From the NCBI GenBank assembly GCA_023213395.1, contig CM041465.1, forward strand, positions 187,867,741 to 187,931,740: DNA of 64,000 bases. Reading direction: 5' to 3'. The stretch is from Cycas panzhihuaensis (taxonomy: Eukaryota > Plantae > Cycadophyta). The notes below the pieces were generated by a model. It saw nothing but the letters and a program-made list of their open reading frames with translations, ran no database searches and was not told where the DNA came from. Each line of letters begins with the position of its first letter. Positions within the stretch are counted from its first letter, which is position 1. Below, in pieces: positions 29,482 through 41,344 of the stretch. The position numbers were made by a program, and so were the translations under genes.

Positions 29482-32400
29482 TGAAGTGATCCTAAATTAG
29501 ATCTACTTCTTTAAATATAAAAGAAAACTAAAATGAAAGCTAAATAAAAGCTTTTAAGATCCAAATGGTTAAAAGACCCAAAATGGATTAACTCACAAAA
29601 GATGATTTACAAATGAATAATAGTTCTCTATTTATTGGTGTCAAATTTAACCATCCTTAAAAAAATTGACTTCCTAATAATAAAACCAACTTCTAATAAA
29701 ACCAACTTGTAATATTTCACTATTTGAGTTTGTGTAGGTGGATATCCATAATGGATTTAGGTTCCATCATGAGCCTCCTCTCCTCATCTGTCATGGGTAG
29801 TTTAGTTGTTATCCCTATGTGATATCTAACCTTTTCTTTAAGGTTAGACACATGGAAGACATTATGAATCCTACTTCCTTATGGAAAATCGAGGGTGTAA
29901 GCTACTTCTCCAACCATTCTTGAATTTTGTATGGGCCATAAAATCTTAGTGCTAGTTTGTATTTACTTTGTTATTTGAGGGAGGTTTATTTATATGGCTA
30001 TAGTTTTATATAAACCCAGTCTTCCTCCTCGAGCTGTCTTTCAATTCTCTTTTGGTATATTTGTCGTTTCATTTAATTCCTTGTGATGTTATAATTTTTC
30101 TTAAGTTCTTCTAAAATTCATTTAGATTGTATTATCAGTTTCCCTATCGTTAGGGTTTTTATTATATTATGAATATAGTCCATTAGTGTAAGAGGAAGGT
30201 AACCATATAATGCCATGAAAGGTGTTATCTTAATGGATGTATGGTAATTAGTGGATTGGTTATCTTTAACATAACAATGTAGGTGTGTTTCCAAAACTTT
30301 GTTAACTACTTTAGTTTGTCTATATATTTAGGGGTGGTATGTTGTTTTCATAGTGAGTTAGGTCCCTACCATTTTGAATAAATCCTTCCAAAAATAGCTT
30401 ATAAATTTAGGATCCCTATCGTTGACTATTTTTTTTAGGAAATTCATGTAACCTATGGATATTCTCCATGAATGTTTTAGTTATTTGAGAGGCCTTATAA
30501 GAGGATTGAATAGGAATAAAATGTGCATATTTTCTTAATCAATCAACTACTACACATAGTACATATTTTGTTCCTGATTTTGGAAGGCCACTTATAAAGT
30601 CCATAGAAATTTCTTCCTATTTTTGCTTAGATCTATTTAGGGGTTATAATATTCTTGAAGGTTATACTGATTTTACATTTTATCTCTAGCCAGTCTCATA
30701 TTTTGAAACAAACTTCTTTATGTCAACCTTCATCCCTTTCTAGTAAAATGATCTCCTTATCCTCTTATAGTTCTTGAGTTCCCAACTATATGTGAATTAT
30801 GATGCTCTTTCAGGATTACCTCTTTAAATTGTGATTTTTGAGGTAAATATATTATATTCTTATAAAGAAAGGTATTACCCCTTTTTGTCTAAGAAGTCTC
30901 TTCTAGTTCTTTAGGACTTTTATTTGTGATGGCCTTCACTTCTTTATCTTATAAGTGTCCTTGGTGTAATTCCTCAACCCATGTAGACTCAATTGTTATG
31001 ATGGTAGAGTATTTAACATCTTCAAATTTCCTTGATAATGCATCTATGATAATATTCTCTTTTCCTTTATTATATAAGATTTCAGAGTCATAGTCTTGGA
31101 TCTTACTAACCAATTTTTGCTACTCCTCAAATAAGTTTTTTTGTGTCTAGAAGTACTTTAGGCTATGGTGGTCTATCCAAATAATAAATTTTGTTCCTAA
31201 TAACTATTGTCTCCATTTTGCTAAGCCATGTAGAATGGCTAATATCTCCTTATTATATGAGCTCTTGGCTCTTTCTTGTAGATTTAGTTTTCAGCTCTTA
31301 TATACAATAAGGTGGCCATTTTGTAATAGAGTGGTGCTTACTTCTATGCATGATGCATCGTATTCCACTATAAATGGTTGGGAGAAATTAGGCATGGCTA
31401 ATACTAGTGTAGTAACACTAACCTCTTTTAATTTCTCAAAACTTAAATTAACATTCTTATCCTAATTAAAGTTATCCTTCTTAGCAAGGTTAGTAAGGGG
31501 TCTAGTTATATTAGCATATCCTTTAATGAACTTTCGATAGTATCTTATGATTCATAGAAATCCCCTAAGTTTTGACATATTTTTTGGTATGGGCTAATTA
31601 AGAATGGCCTACATTTTTATAGGATCAATTTTAATTCCATCTTCTAAAATGATATTTCTGAGATATTCAAGGGTCCTCCTTCCAAAATAGTACTTTAATT
31701 TGTTCGTGAAAATTTTATTATCTTGAAGGACTTGACATATTTATTGGATGTGTCCTAAATGTTCCTACTAGGTCTTACTATAAATAAGAATATCATCAAA
31801 GAAGACGATAATAAACCTTCTTAGAAAAGGCATAAGTACATGGTTCATGTTTACTTGGAATATTGTTGGGATATTAGTTAACCTAAATAGCATTACCTTA
31901 AACTCATATAGTCTTTGGTATATTCAGAAAGTTATTTTCTTTGTCTCTTGAGGTCAAATAGGTGTTTGATAGTGTCTAAAATGTAAATCAATTTTAGAAA
32001 AATATCTAGCTCTATGTAGCTCATATATAATATTAACCATGTGTGGAATGGGGTATTTATTCTTTAGTGTTATCCTATTTAGGGCTTTATAATCAACGTA
32101 CATTCAAAAGGACCCATCCTTTTTCCTACTTAAAATAATAGGTACTATGTAAGAGCTCTTACTTGGTATTATGGTACTCGAATTTAATAAAGCTTATGTG
32201 AGTTTCTCTATTTCTGTATTTTGCTTATGCATGTAATGATATGAATGAATGTTAGTAGACCCCCTCCTTGGTTCTAACTCAATAATATACTCCATATTTT
32301 AGCTTAATGGTGGAGTTCTTAGTAACTCTTCGAAGACATCATGGTAGTAGTTTATGAGCTTATTTATTTCCTTATCTTACTCTAGTGTTAGTTAGCTCTT

Positions 32401-34880
32401 AAGGGTCTTTACTTGCATGGAGTATAACATTGTAATGAACTTAGCATACCCTTTACGAAGTGTTTTCCCCATCCTTTCTATAGATATGACTTTTGATTTT
32501 GTAGTATTAATACCATTTAATTGGTATTTCTTCCCCTTCTAATTAAACCTGATGAAATTTTCATTTTGGTTTAAAGTATAAGTCCCTAACCTCCATAATT
32601 ATTCAACTCTTAATACTATATCAAAACCCCTTGATGTCAAAGGTATAGTACTCTATAGAAAATTCATAATTTCATATATGTAGTTATTAATGTTTGACTT
32701 CATTGTAGCATGTTAACACTTGGTTTCCTAGAAGTGATATTTTGAACTCCTTTTTCTCCATACGTATCCCTAACCTTCTATATATCAATGAAATTGTGGG
32801 TATTACCTAGATTAACAAGGATAATTACTTTCTCCTTTCTAAGGTATCTACAAAGTTTGATGATATTAGATGGTGTTATCCCTAACATGGTTTATAAGGA
32901 GACTATGGATTGGCCATCATCCAACTCCTCTTATTGGTTTATTTCTTCCTCCCCTTACTCTTTCTCTAGTCTTTGTTGTTGCTCTATTTCTTCATCTTCA
33001 ATATCCACTTCAACACTCTATAGTTCCATATCGGCATATTTATGTCCCTTGACCTAAGGTCTCTTACAATTATGACATATGCCAAGTATTATTTCTTTAA
33101 CTCTCTCTATCTCATTAGCCCTTTATGTTACTCATGTTAGCTCATATGTATTGTAGCTACTATTTTGACATTTTTAGAATCCTTAGTTACTTGATCCTGC
33201 TAACTTACACATTGGTTGATGGGATGCTATTTAGAATCCCTTCCAAGTATTTTAGAGATACGATTTGATTTATCTTGTCATTATGATAACTGAGCTCAAG
33301 GTACTTGGGGTGAAATGATGAACACCTTTACCAATCTCGAGTCACAGATTACTAATGTAATATAAGAGTGCTTCCTTGGAAGTAATTCCAGCCTTTAAGT
33401 GGAGCTTTTCAAACTCATCTATATACTCTTTGATAAATCATCCATTTAAAAAATAATGTGCTAATTAGATAAGATAAGTATCAATTTAATTATCTTTTAT
33501 TTATATGTTTAAAATTATTACTTTTTCCTTCCCTTTTTTATAGTGTAACCCTTGTGTATATAGGCCCTTTAAGGCAATCTATAATAAAGTTGATTTGATA
33601 TTTGGCATTACTAATATGTAATGTATTAATGGCATTTTTATTTTTACTAGCCATTCATCCCCTTCAATTTCACTATCATATGAGTAAGTTGGTATTTGAG
33701 CATTATAATGAAAAATTAGTTGTTGAAAGTCATCATTTCTTCTATGATCCCTTCGATTATTATAACATCTTTTATTTTCCTTTTGATTCTCTTCATTCTT
33801 ACTGTTATTGTTAGGATACCCTAAATTGCCATCCCATTAGAGGCCTTTGAAAGTGGTTCTCATTTCTATCATCTTGGTTAGTCTAGTTATCTCAATGTTG
33901 AACTTTTTTTTATGATGGTCTAATTTTTGATGTATTATTTCTATGTTCCTATGGGTTTCCAGCTTAAAGGATTGAAAGTCTAAGTCCATTCTTTTTGGGT
34001 ATTTAACTATCTTAAATTTTTTGGTATCTTGAGCAAAGCTCCATAGTTCTTCTACTTCTTATATATTTTTCGCCTCGTTTATAACTTAGAATATGGACTC
34101 TTAAATTAGAATTCTAATGCTTTAGATGAAATCAAAGTCAAATCCTTGTAGAGGAAGTTATGGCCTTTTTAAGTTGGTTGTGATTATACTCTTGGGGGCT
34201 ATGATAATACCTCTTACTAAAATATATAGAACTTTTTCTTTTGATATCCAATGGATTTGATAACCACTTGTAATGGAAAGTAGACATTAAGGCATACATA
34301 TTCAAAAAACCTTTGAGGTTAATTGGACACTTGTAGCCAAAGTTATGGTTGTTTAAAGTCATAGTAATAGATTTTAAGTTCTAAAGATAATGACGGATAG
34401 TAGCCTAAAGCTAAATCCCCTACAATTCTCGCAATTTCACTCTAAAACCTACGATATAACCACTCACAATTTATAGAACAAGCCTAAGTAACTCAACTTT
34501 GTGATTATTTTTCTAAAATTCTTCTATTTATAGTCCCCAAAATGTAAATCCTTGGTGCACCAAAATTGAGACTTTGATACCACTTGAAGTGATCCTAAAT
34601 TGGATCCTCTTCTTCAAACACAAAAGAAAACTAAAATGAAAGTTGAATATAAGCTCTTAAGAGCCAAATGGATAAAAGACCCCAAATGGATTAATTTGTA
34701 AAAGACGATTTATAGGTAAATAATAGTTCTCTATTTATACGTGTCAAATTTAACCATCTTTAAAAACACTAACTTCTTAATAATAAAATCAACTTTTAAT
34801 AAGATACATATACCTTAATAATACTTGAGACTAACTTCTAATAAATAATTTTATCAATTCCCATTATTGCCTTGGGTCAC
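29482..34880 (-). mobile_element. Degenerate Ty3/Gypsy retrotransposon nested in the 28121-38336 element
   Basis: LTR copies start at 29482 (ending 29769) and 34585 (end unclear); PBS actttgatacca on + at 34571-34582; PPT at about 29774; minus-strand [13 protein letters not shown] motif near 31800 and IHNVFHVS integrase end near 29850; order PR-RT-RH-INT. Confidence 0.88.
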
Positions 34881-37146
34881 AATAAGTTGATATAGTGAGC
34901 CAATACTTAGTAATGTGAAATAGGAAGTTTACCTGCAAGGTGAGACGTAGCTTTGTGATATCATTTATATGTTTGATAACAAGATTAGGTATGTTGGCAA
35001 AGATAGCTACTATTATGATGTTTTTTTATGCAAATAAGAGGACGAATATAAGGCTGGGTGCATGTAAGAGATATGAAAGTTATCATATGGCACTTGATGA
35101 AGGTATGGCAGCTATCGTTTAATCTCATGAAGAATGAAATGAGGAACATTAATAACATAATGTGATTTACGTTATAGATATAAACCCATATTTTTATTAG
35201 TCAATTGATGTATTTTTCACATACATGTTTATCTTGACTGATGATTGATGTAAGCATATATGAGAGCATAATGTTTATATATTATTTTGAGGTTATAACA
35301 GGGTGTAAATCATGATGTTTCATGATGATTTTTGAGCTTGTTTGTGAAGCTATTTAGAGAAATAGAAAGCAATGGTGAAATCCATTTGAGGAAACATACC
35401 CCATTTTGTGTATATACCAAGTTATCATTTTGGTCTGTTTTAAGACTATTTCATCCCATTTCCAACCCATTTGTGATCAATTTAGTATATTTAAACTTTG
35501 TTTGAGCTTTAGTCCTCATCATTTTGCCATGTTGCATGTTGTACCACCATGTAAATAAGACATTATTATGTTTTTAGCTTGTTGTTATGATTAATAGTGA
35601 ACTGCCACTGTGGAGTCATGCTTGTTAAGACAACAGAGAGCTTATTTGGTTATTGTTTCCCTTTGTTTGATACCATTTTAGGGAAAAAAACTATAAGGAG
35701 AAGATCTAATTGTATGAAGCATAACATACCAACCACCTATGTGAAGACCATGGAGGTGTTGCCTGTCTTAATTTGAGATGAAATGTGCATGGGTTGAAAC
35801 TGCCCATATGATGAATAAACCGCACTATAAATCAATTGTGGAAAGGGAAGAGATGAGATCTCTATCCATAGATGATGGTTGCCTAACTATGTAGAGATGA
35901 GATCATCATGCTCTACCACTGAGTAAAACCTTGCAAAAAGATAGGTACCATGGAAGAGGATATAATTGTTTACATAAAAGGAAGATTGCTAATAGAGAAG
36001 GGATGATTATCCATTGACGTTTGTGCTCAACTGAGAAAAGAATAGAATATGGAAGGATAACCATCCATAAGGAGGAGCCATCTTAGATTGTACAGTATGC
36101 ATTTATACCCAAACTAGCATTCATGGAGGAGAAGAGCTATGATAAAAGTCTTAATTGTTTGAATGGTCACCAAGGAATGCACAATCCACAACTAAGATGA
36201 GATACCCACGTGGCATGCCCACCGTTTATGGAATAAAGACAACCTACAGAGAATGATGAAAACCTATGTAGGATGATGCTCACTATCCATGAGAAGCTAA
36301 ATGAATGATTGTCAAAGGAAAACTAGTGTTTTTTATTAATATTTGATCAATGCAAGTGATGCACAGTTGTTGTTCATGTGTAAGGAGAGATTAGATTATT
36401 GACTTTAATTAAAAAAAAAATTGCAAAGGTTTCATTTGATTTAATTTATTTTGATAAAGGTTTAGAGTCCATAAAGCCCTCCCAAGATGGCAGTAGAAGG
36501 TCATATGGGATAAGCGATATGATCAAGAGCTCTAGTAAATTAGGTTAAATGATTTTATTGAGGAGCGCTCAATTTTTGTATGACACATTATCATTGTTTC
36601 AACCATATCGTTTGTAGGGATATCTAATTAAGGTGCCATCAGTTACATTGGAAAGGGCACTTTGAGATAGTTGAAACTAGTGGTTGTAAAGCATGTTTTA
36701 AAATTTGCATGATACATATTTTAGTCGGTAAACTTTATTAAAGTGATTTTGATAGGTCAAAAATTACAAAGTTTGAGAATTGGTTTGGCATGTTTAATGG
36801 TTTTAAAGGCTCATGAATGCATATAATAATGCAAATGACTACTTGTTGGCAAATGAAAATAAGTTTTCATTAGAATTATATATATTAAAGCTCATTAATA
36901 ATGGTTTGAAGCTTAATTTTAATGTGGTTTAAGAGGGATGTTAGAAACTCCCCTTGATATACATGAGATTTGATATAGTGATATGAAGCACCAGTCAAAT
37001 GGCATTTTGTTTTGCACACCTAGTTTATTTACCACCTAAATGATGTTAAGGGCCCTAGTTATTTGATAGCACATGCCTTAAGTATTGGATTTATTTCACT
37101 TGATATGAAATATTGTAGTTTCATATGTTTAAGCAACAAGTATGTG

Positions 37147-37282
37147 TAGAATCATCGATAGAGAGGTGATATATATGTCAGTATAGAATCATTGATAGAG
37201 AGGCAATACTTGGAGACCACACACATGTTTATATAGAATCATTGATAGAGGTAATGCTTATATGAATGTAGAATCATTCACA
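37147..37282. repeat. Four copies of tagaatcattgatagag(agg) with 35-50 bp spacing, inside the LTR element
   Basis: Copies at about 37147, 37184, 37233 and 37269. Confidence 0.75.
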
Positions 37283-39399
37283 CAAAGGCAGTACATACTT
37301 GACCAAGTGGAAGTATTGGTTATTTGTAGGTGCAGGATATGCAGATGTTCAAACTTGTCAGCTTGTCACATGGTTATGCTCAAAAAACCATTCTTGCATA
37401 TTTGTTCTGTGGTATAATGGATGTGGTTGATGGTCTTCCAACTAGGTTTATCTCCTAGGGGTGCAGGAGAACCAAAAGCAGGAAAAATAAGAGTAGGATA
37501 AAACTACATGTGTTAATATACCATTTACAAAGAAGGCCATTCTAGAGAATTGGCCAGTACATTGGCTTGCATTCAATCTTGAAGTAGTTTATAATATGAT
37601 TAAGGATAAGACTTCATATGGTATGACATTTTAGAGTCATGATTATAGGTGATTGATTAGTTTCATGATAAGTTGATGCTTTATATTGACAGGTCACATT
37701 TACATGATACAAATATGATTTTTTAGCTTATAGGTGATGTAGGTTCCAACATAGATGCAAAGTCAGGACTTGAAGACTTACATATTATCAATATTAAACA
37801 TTAAGGGGAAGATTGTTGGAATATGTGGTGTTATTTACATGTATAATGTTTAATGTTCTCCAACATAAAAGCATTGGTTAATGTAACAAAAGCACAATTG
37901 TTAATGGTAACCTCCTCTTGGAAGTAAAAAAGGATTTAGCATGTGATAGGCTCATCATGAGGTGGATTATCCTATAAATATGTACACACCCACTTGAGAA
38001 ACTCAAGAATGAAAGGAATGTGCTTTATTATATATTAAATAGAGTGAAGCTAGTTTCCAACCTTCTCCTGTGATTTTTCTCTAGTTTGGGTTTTCCACAT
38101 TTATATATGGTGTATCGTGGTAATTATTATGTATATTGATTATGTTTGATATGACTTATATCTTGTATTACATAATGTATGTGTACATATTCCTATGATT
38201 TGATATCATAGTTTTACTAATATATTAATGTTTAACATGGCATAGCAATGTGTTGTTCTAAATCCTAGACTTATGATTGGCTAGTTTGTCTTATAGTTGG
38301 TATAAGAACATGTTTTCCTTGTATCATGTTTTAACAGTTAAGTGGTAAAAAAAGTTAGTTTTAGGCTATAACCACTTGGTTGTTAGAATGTAACTCCTTT
38401 CTCTTATATATCATTACTTTTGATGAAATGAAGAATGATAAGCCTTTCTCTCTAGGAGATTGAATCCTAAGACATTCTATAAATAAACATTGATCTCGTA
38501 AATTAGGAAGAGGTACTATGAGAATTGTATAATGCACAACATGTGGAATAGTTATGTGTGAGATAGTTAGGATTTGATATGTACTAGGTTTTGATCTTGC
38601 ATCATATATCTTGCTTAGCTCATATGGATTAGTGATAGCAATAAGAATTTAAAGATGATATGAATGCAATTTGGTCTTAGAATGTATATTTCTCCACTTT
38701 ACCTCTAGGTTTAGTATCATTAGATTTTTGTCTCCTATCATTCATTAAGAGAACAACCTTCATTTGACATAGTAGTGTTGAATTTAAGCAGCTTAGAGAA
38801 TCGAGACTAAACACTTTCCTTTGGAAGTTAGGCCAAGAGCAAACACAATGCCTACTAGGTAATAATTATATGCATGCTCACAACCAAATGCCTGATTATA
38901 AATATTGAGCACATGAAATTGCTCACATAGTTTACATTGTTTTAACATTTAGATATATAGTCCACACTATTTTAATAATTATGAATGGATAAAATTCCTT
39001 CATTTTTCTTTTGTTGAACATCTCTAATTACGTGTATGTCAAAATGAAATGATGTGATCAATGAAGTGTATGAGTGCCAATCCCCTAAAAGTTATGCTAC
39101 ATCTATGGTGACCTGCTTATGGTTATCTTTCCATAATTACAAAAAAAAAAAAAAAAAAAAGAAAAAGAAGAAGAAACAAACTCTTTGATTACTATTTAAG
39201 AACGGATAATGTTCCCTTCACCATTTTCTCCACTTCCCCTTACAATGGTTTCCTTATATTAATCCAATCTCTCCTTTGTGGTGTCTTTGTGGAATCTGTC
39301 TTTATCCATATAAATGCCCATTAAAGCATAGCTTGGATGCATGCATGGAGACCTAACTCCAATAGAGTACTTATATGTACAACACATAAAATAGACTGA

Positions 39400-39873
39400 C
39401 GAGTGCTTGATTACGGCCCAAAACATTGGCCAATAGTTCACCTACCAAGTCTGAAGCACCTCCAATAGAGGGCCCATTCACTTATGACTGCTCAAGGGTT
39501 GTTACAGACCTAAGTCATGGCCGTGTAGTGAATCGGACATTATAATTTGATTCGAAGTTACCCAACAAATGGTACAGAGACCATCTAGAGGCGAACAGAT
39601 GTTAAACACGGGGTACAATACTAAATAAAGTGAGATAAAAAGAGGCAAACTCGGTATCCATTACATTACGTTGTCCTGAGCATTTAGCAGACTCCGGCGA
39701 GGAAGGGGCGTATGCTCTCTTCAGTCTTTTACGCTTTGCTCTGGATTGTTGGGCACCTCGAGGAGGAGTTATCGAGTCGCAACAGGTGTTAAATCTTCCA
39801 GTTTCGGGCGAATTCATAAACATCTGCCAAGGGAAAAAAAGTCTGTTGGTGAATTGATATTTTCGAGAAGAAA
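39400..39873 (+). promoter_or_regulatory. Putative promoter and 5' UTR of the AIM1/MFP2-like gene
   Basis: CpG dinucleotides reappear relative to the flanking repeats; two GGCCCA (site II-like) motifs at 39415 and 39471; CCAAT motifs; directly upstream of the ATG. TSS not determined. Confidence 0.55.
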
Positions 39874-39967
39874 ATGAGTAAGGGAAGAGTAGATATGGAA
39901 GTTGGATCTGATGGGGTGGCTGTCATCACCATCAGCAATCCCCCAGTCAATTCTTTATCTGTTCCAG
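39874..39967 (+). CDS. AIM1: Exon 1 of peroxisomal fatty-acid beta-oxidation multifunctional protein (AIM1/MFP2 family, enoyl-CoA hydratase N-terminus)
   Basis: Translates to MSKGRVDMEVGSDGVAVITISNPPVNSLSVP, closely matching the plant AIM1/MFP2 N-terminus (MEVG.DGVAVIT..NPPVNSL); aaaATG context; canonical phase-1 donor CAG|GTATGT at 39968. AIM1 versus MFP2 cannot be settled from 31 aa. Confidence 0.88.
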
Positions 39968-40792
39968 GTATGTTGAATTTAACCTACTACTGCTGCTACC
40001 ACTAATAATAATAATAATTTCTGTGGATGCATGGGCTTCTGAGCCAAATCTATTATACACAAACACCAGCTATATCTCCAATGTTTTCTATGGTTTTAAA
40101 TTTATGAAGATTTCCATATGAGGATTTGGGTTTTGAACAATTTGCCTTCTACTCATTATTCTATCCATATGTTTTATGGGTTTGTGCACTTGTGCCTTAA
40201 ATCAGTTATATACATGAACAGTATCTACATAAAGAGGCCTTATGATCGATTCATACAACGTAGTTTTAGCTATGTGTGAAACCTTTATGTCATCTCTGTA
40301 ATTGTGTGTCTGTTTGCTTCGTCTTTTTGCTTGTTTTGGTTCTCTTGTTTTGTAATTACTTGATTAGAGGAATTCAGTATCAGATTTTAGATTCAAGTGA
40401 GATATGTTACATGATTGCATGTCTAATTATTTCTAATGCCCTTGAGACCTTGATTTGTCCGCCTGAACCTAAGTTTGCTTGGGGAGCACTGGACCCGGAT
40501 TCTGCCCAGGATGGTTTGGTTTTACGTCTGTTGAACCGACTGGTGCCAAACCCAAAACTTTGAAACATAGCCCACAGGCAGAACAACATTCTTCTTATAT
40601 AATTTATACAATTTTTGCTCCTATAGTTCAAGAACTCTTAGCGTATGTTAAATAAATCAATCCATTAACATTAGAGCAAATTTCCTTGGCAAATTTATCC
40701 TTTCGTTACGTGATTCTTGTGATTGATTTTTGCAATATTTGTAAGGGACTGTTAGTGTCCCAGATGTGTTAATGTATAATTTAATTTTGCAG

Positions 40793-40801
40793 CTGTTATG
40801 G
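40793..40801 (+). CDS. Candidate 9-nt micro-exon (CTGTTATGG) of the AIM1/MFP2-like gene
   Basis: Flanked by acceptor ttaattttgcAG and donor G|GTAAGT; frame-preserving and phase 1/1 compatible; adds A-V-M plus a G. Confidence 0.35.
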
Positions 40802-41344
40802 GTAAGTTCTGGTTTTGTGGATTTGGCTCAGGGATAGATAGAGTTGAACAAGATGATTTTATTAATAGGCAAAATTACATTGTTGTTACAACAAAAGCTT
40901 GTTTTTGGGGGGTGCGGGTGGTATGTTAACCCCCCTTCCATCCCTTTGGATGATGTAACCGTATCCAAAAGAAGGCACAAAACATCCAGTTCAGGACTAG
41001 CTGAAAGCAGAAAGACCAAAGAACACTTGCTCTATTGTGTTAAGCCACATATAGTTTTTATTGTATGCTTTATTCTTATTTATTATATTTGATTCAAGTG
41101 AAGAAAGAGAGAAATGTAAATGAGATTGCATTAGTCTTCGGTGAGAATTCTGCGTTTCAGTTAAGTAAGCTGAGGTGTCTGTTATCTTACATAGTAAATG
41201 TGTCTTTTTTTTTTTTTTGTTAAGGTAAAATAATATTGAAGGGGTTTTAACTAGGTCCCCAAACCTCGTACATCAAAGTCCAGCTATACATGACAGGTGA
41301 CCATGACAAGCCCATGGCCTAGCCCAAATTAAGAGGGAATCCTC

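Larger units (their letters stand above)
28121..38336 (+). mobile_element. LTR retrotransposon with 523-bp LTRs, Copia-like, internal coding almost erased, hosting a nested Gypsy
   Basis: LTRs at 28121-28643 and 37814-38336; perfect TSD GTTAA (28116-28120 and 38337-38341); PBS tggtattagagc at 28646-28657; PPT aaggggaag just before 37814. The Copia assignment rests only on a faint HWK..LR.LK remnant near 36650. Confidence 0.88.

Noticed and set aside
37147-37282. CRISPR-like repeat-spacer pattern
   Set aside because: Repeats are degenerate, spacers irregular and partly related, the context is a eukaryotic LTR element, and no cas genes are present.
38381-38947. Possible solo LTR (tgttag...ttaaca) near the promoter
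   Set aside because: Flanks ttggt and tttag do not form a TSD and there is no second copy in the window.
40945-41005. Intronic C/D-box snoRNA candidate (gatgatg...ctga)
   Set aside because: Imperfect box C, no terminal stem and no recognisable guide sequence.
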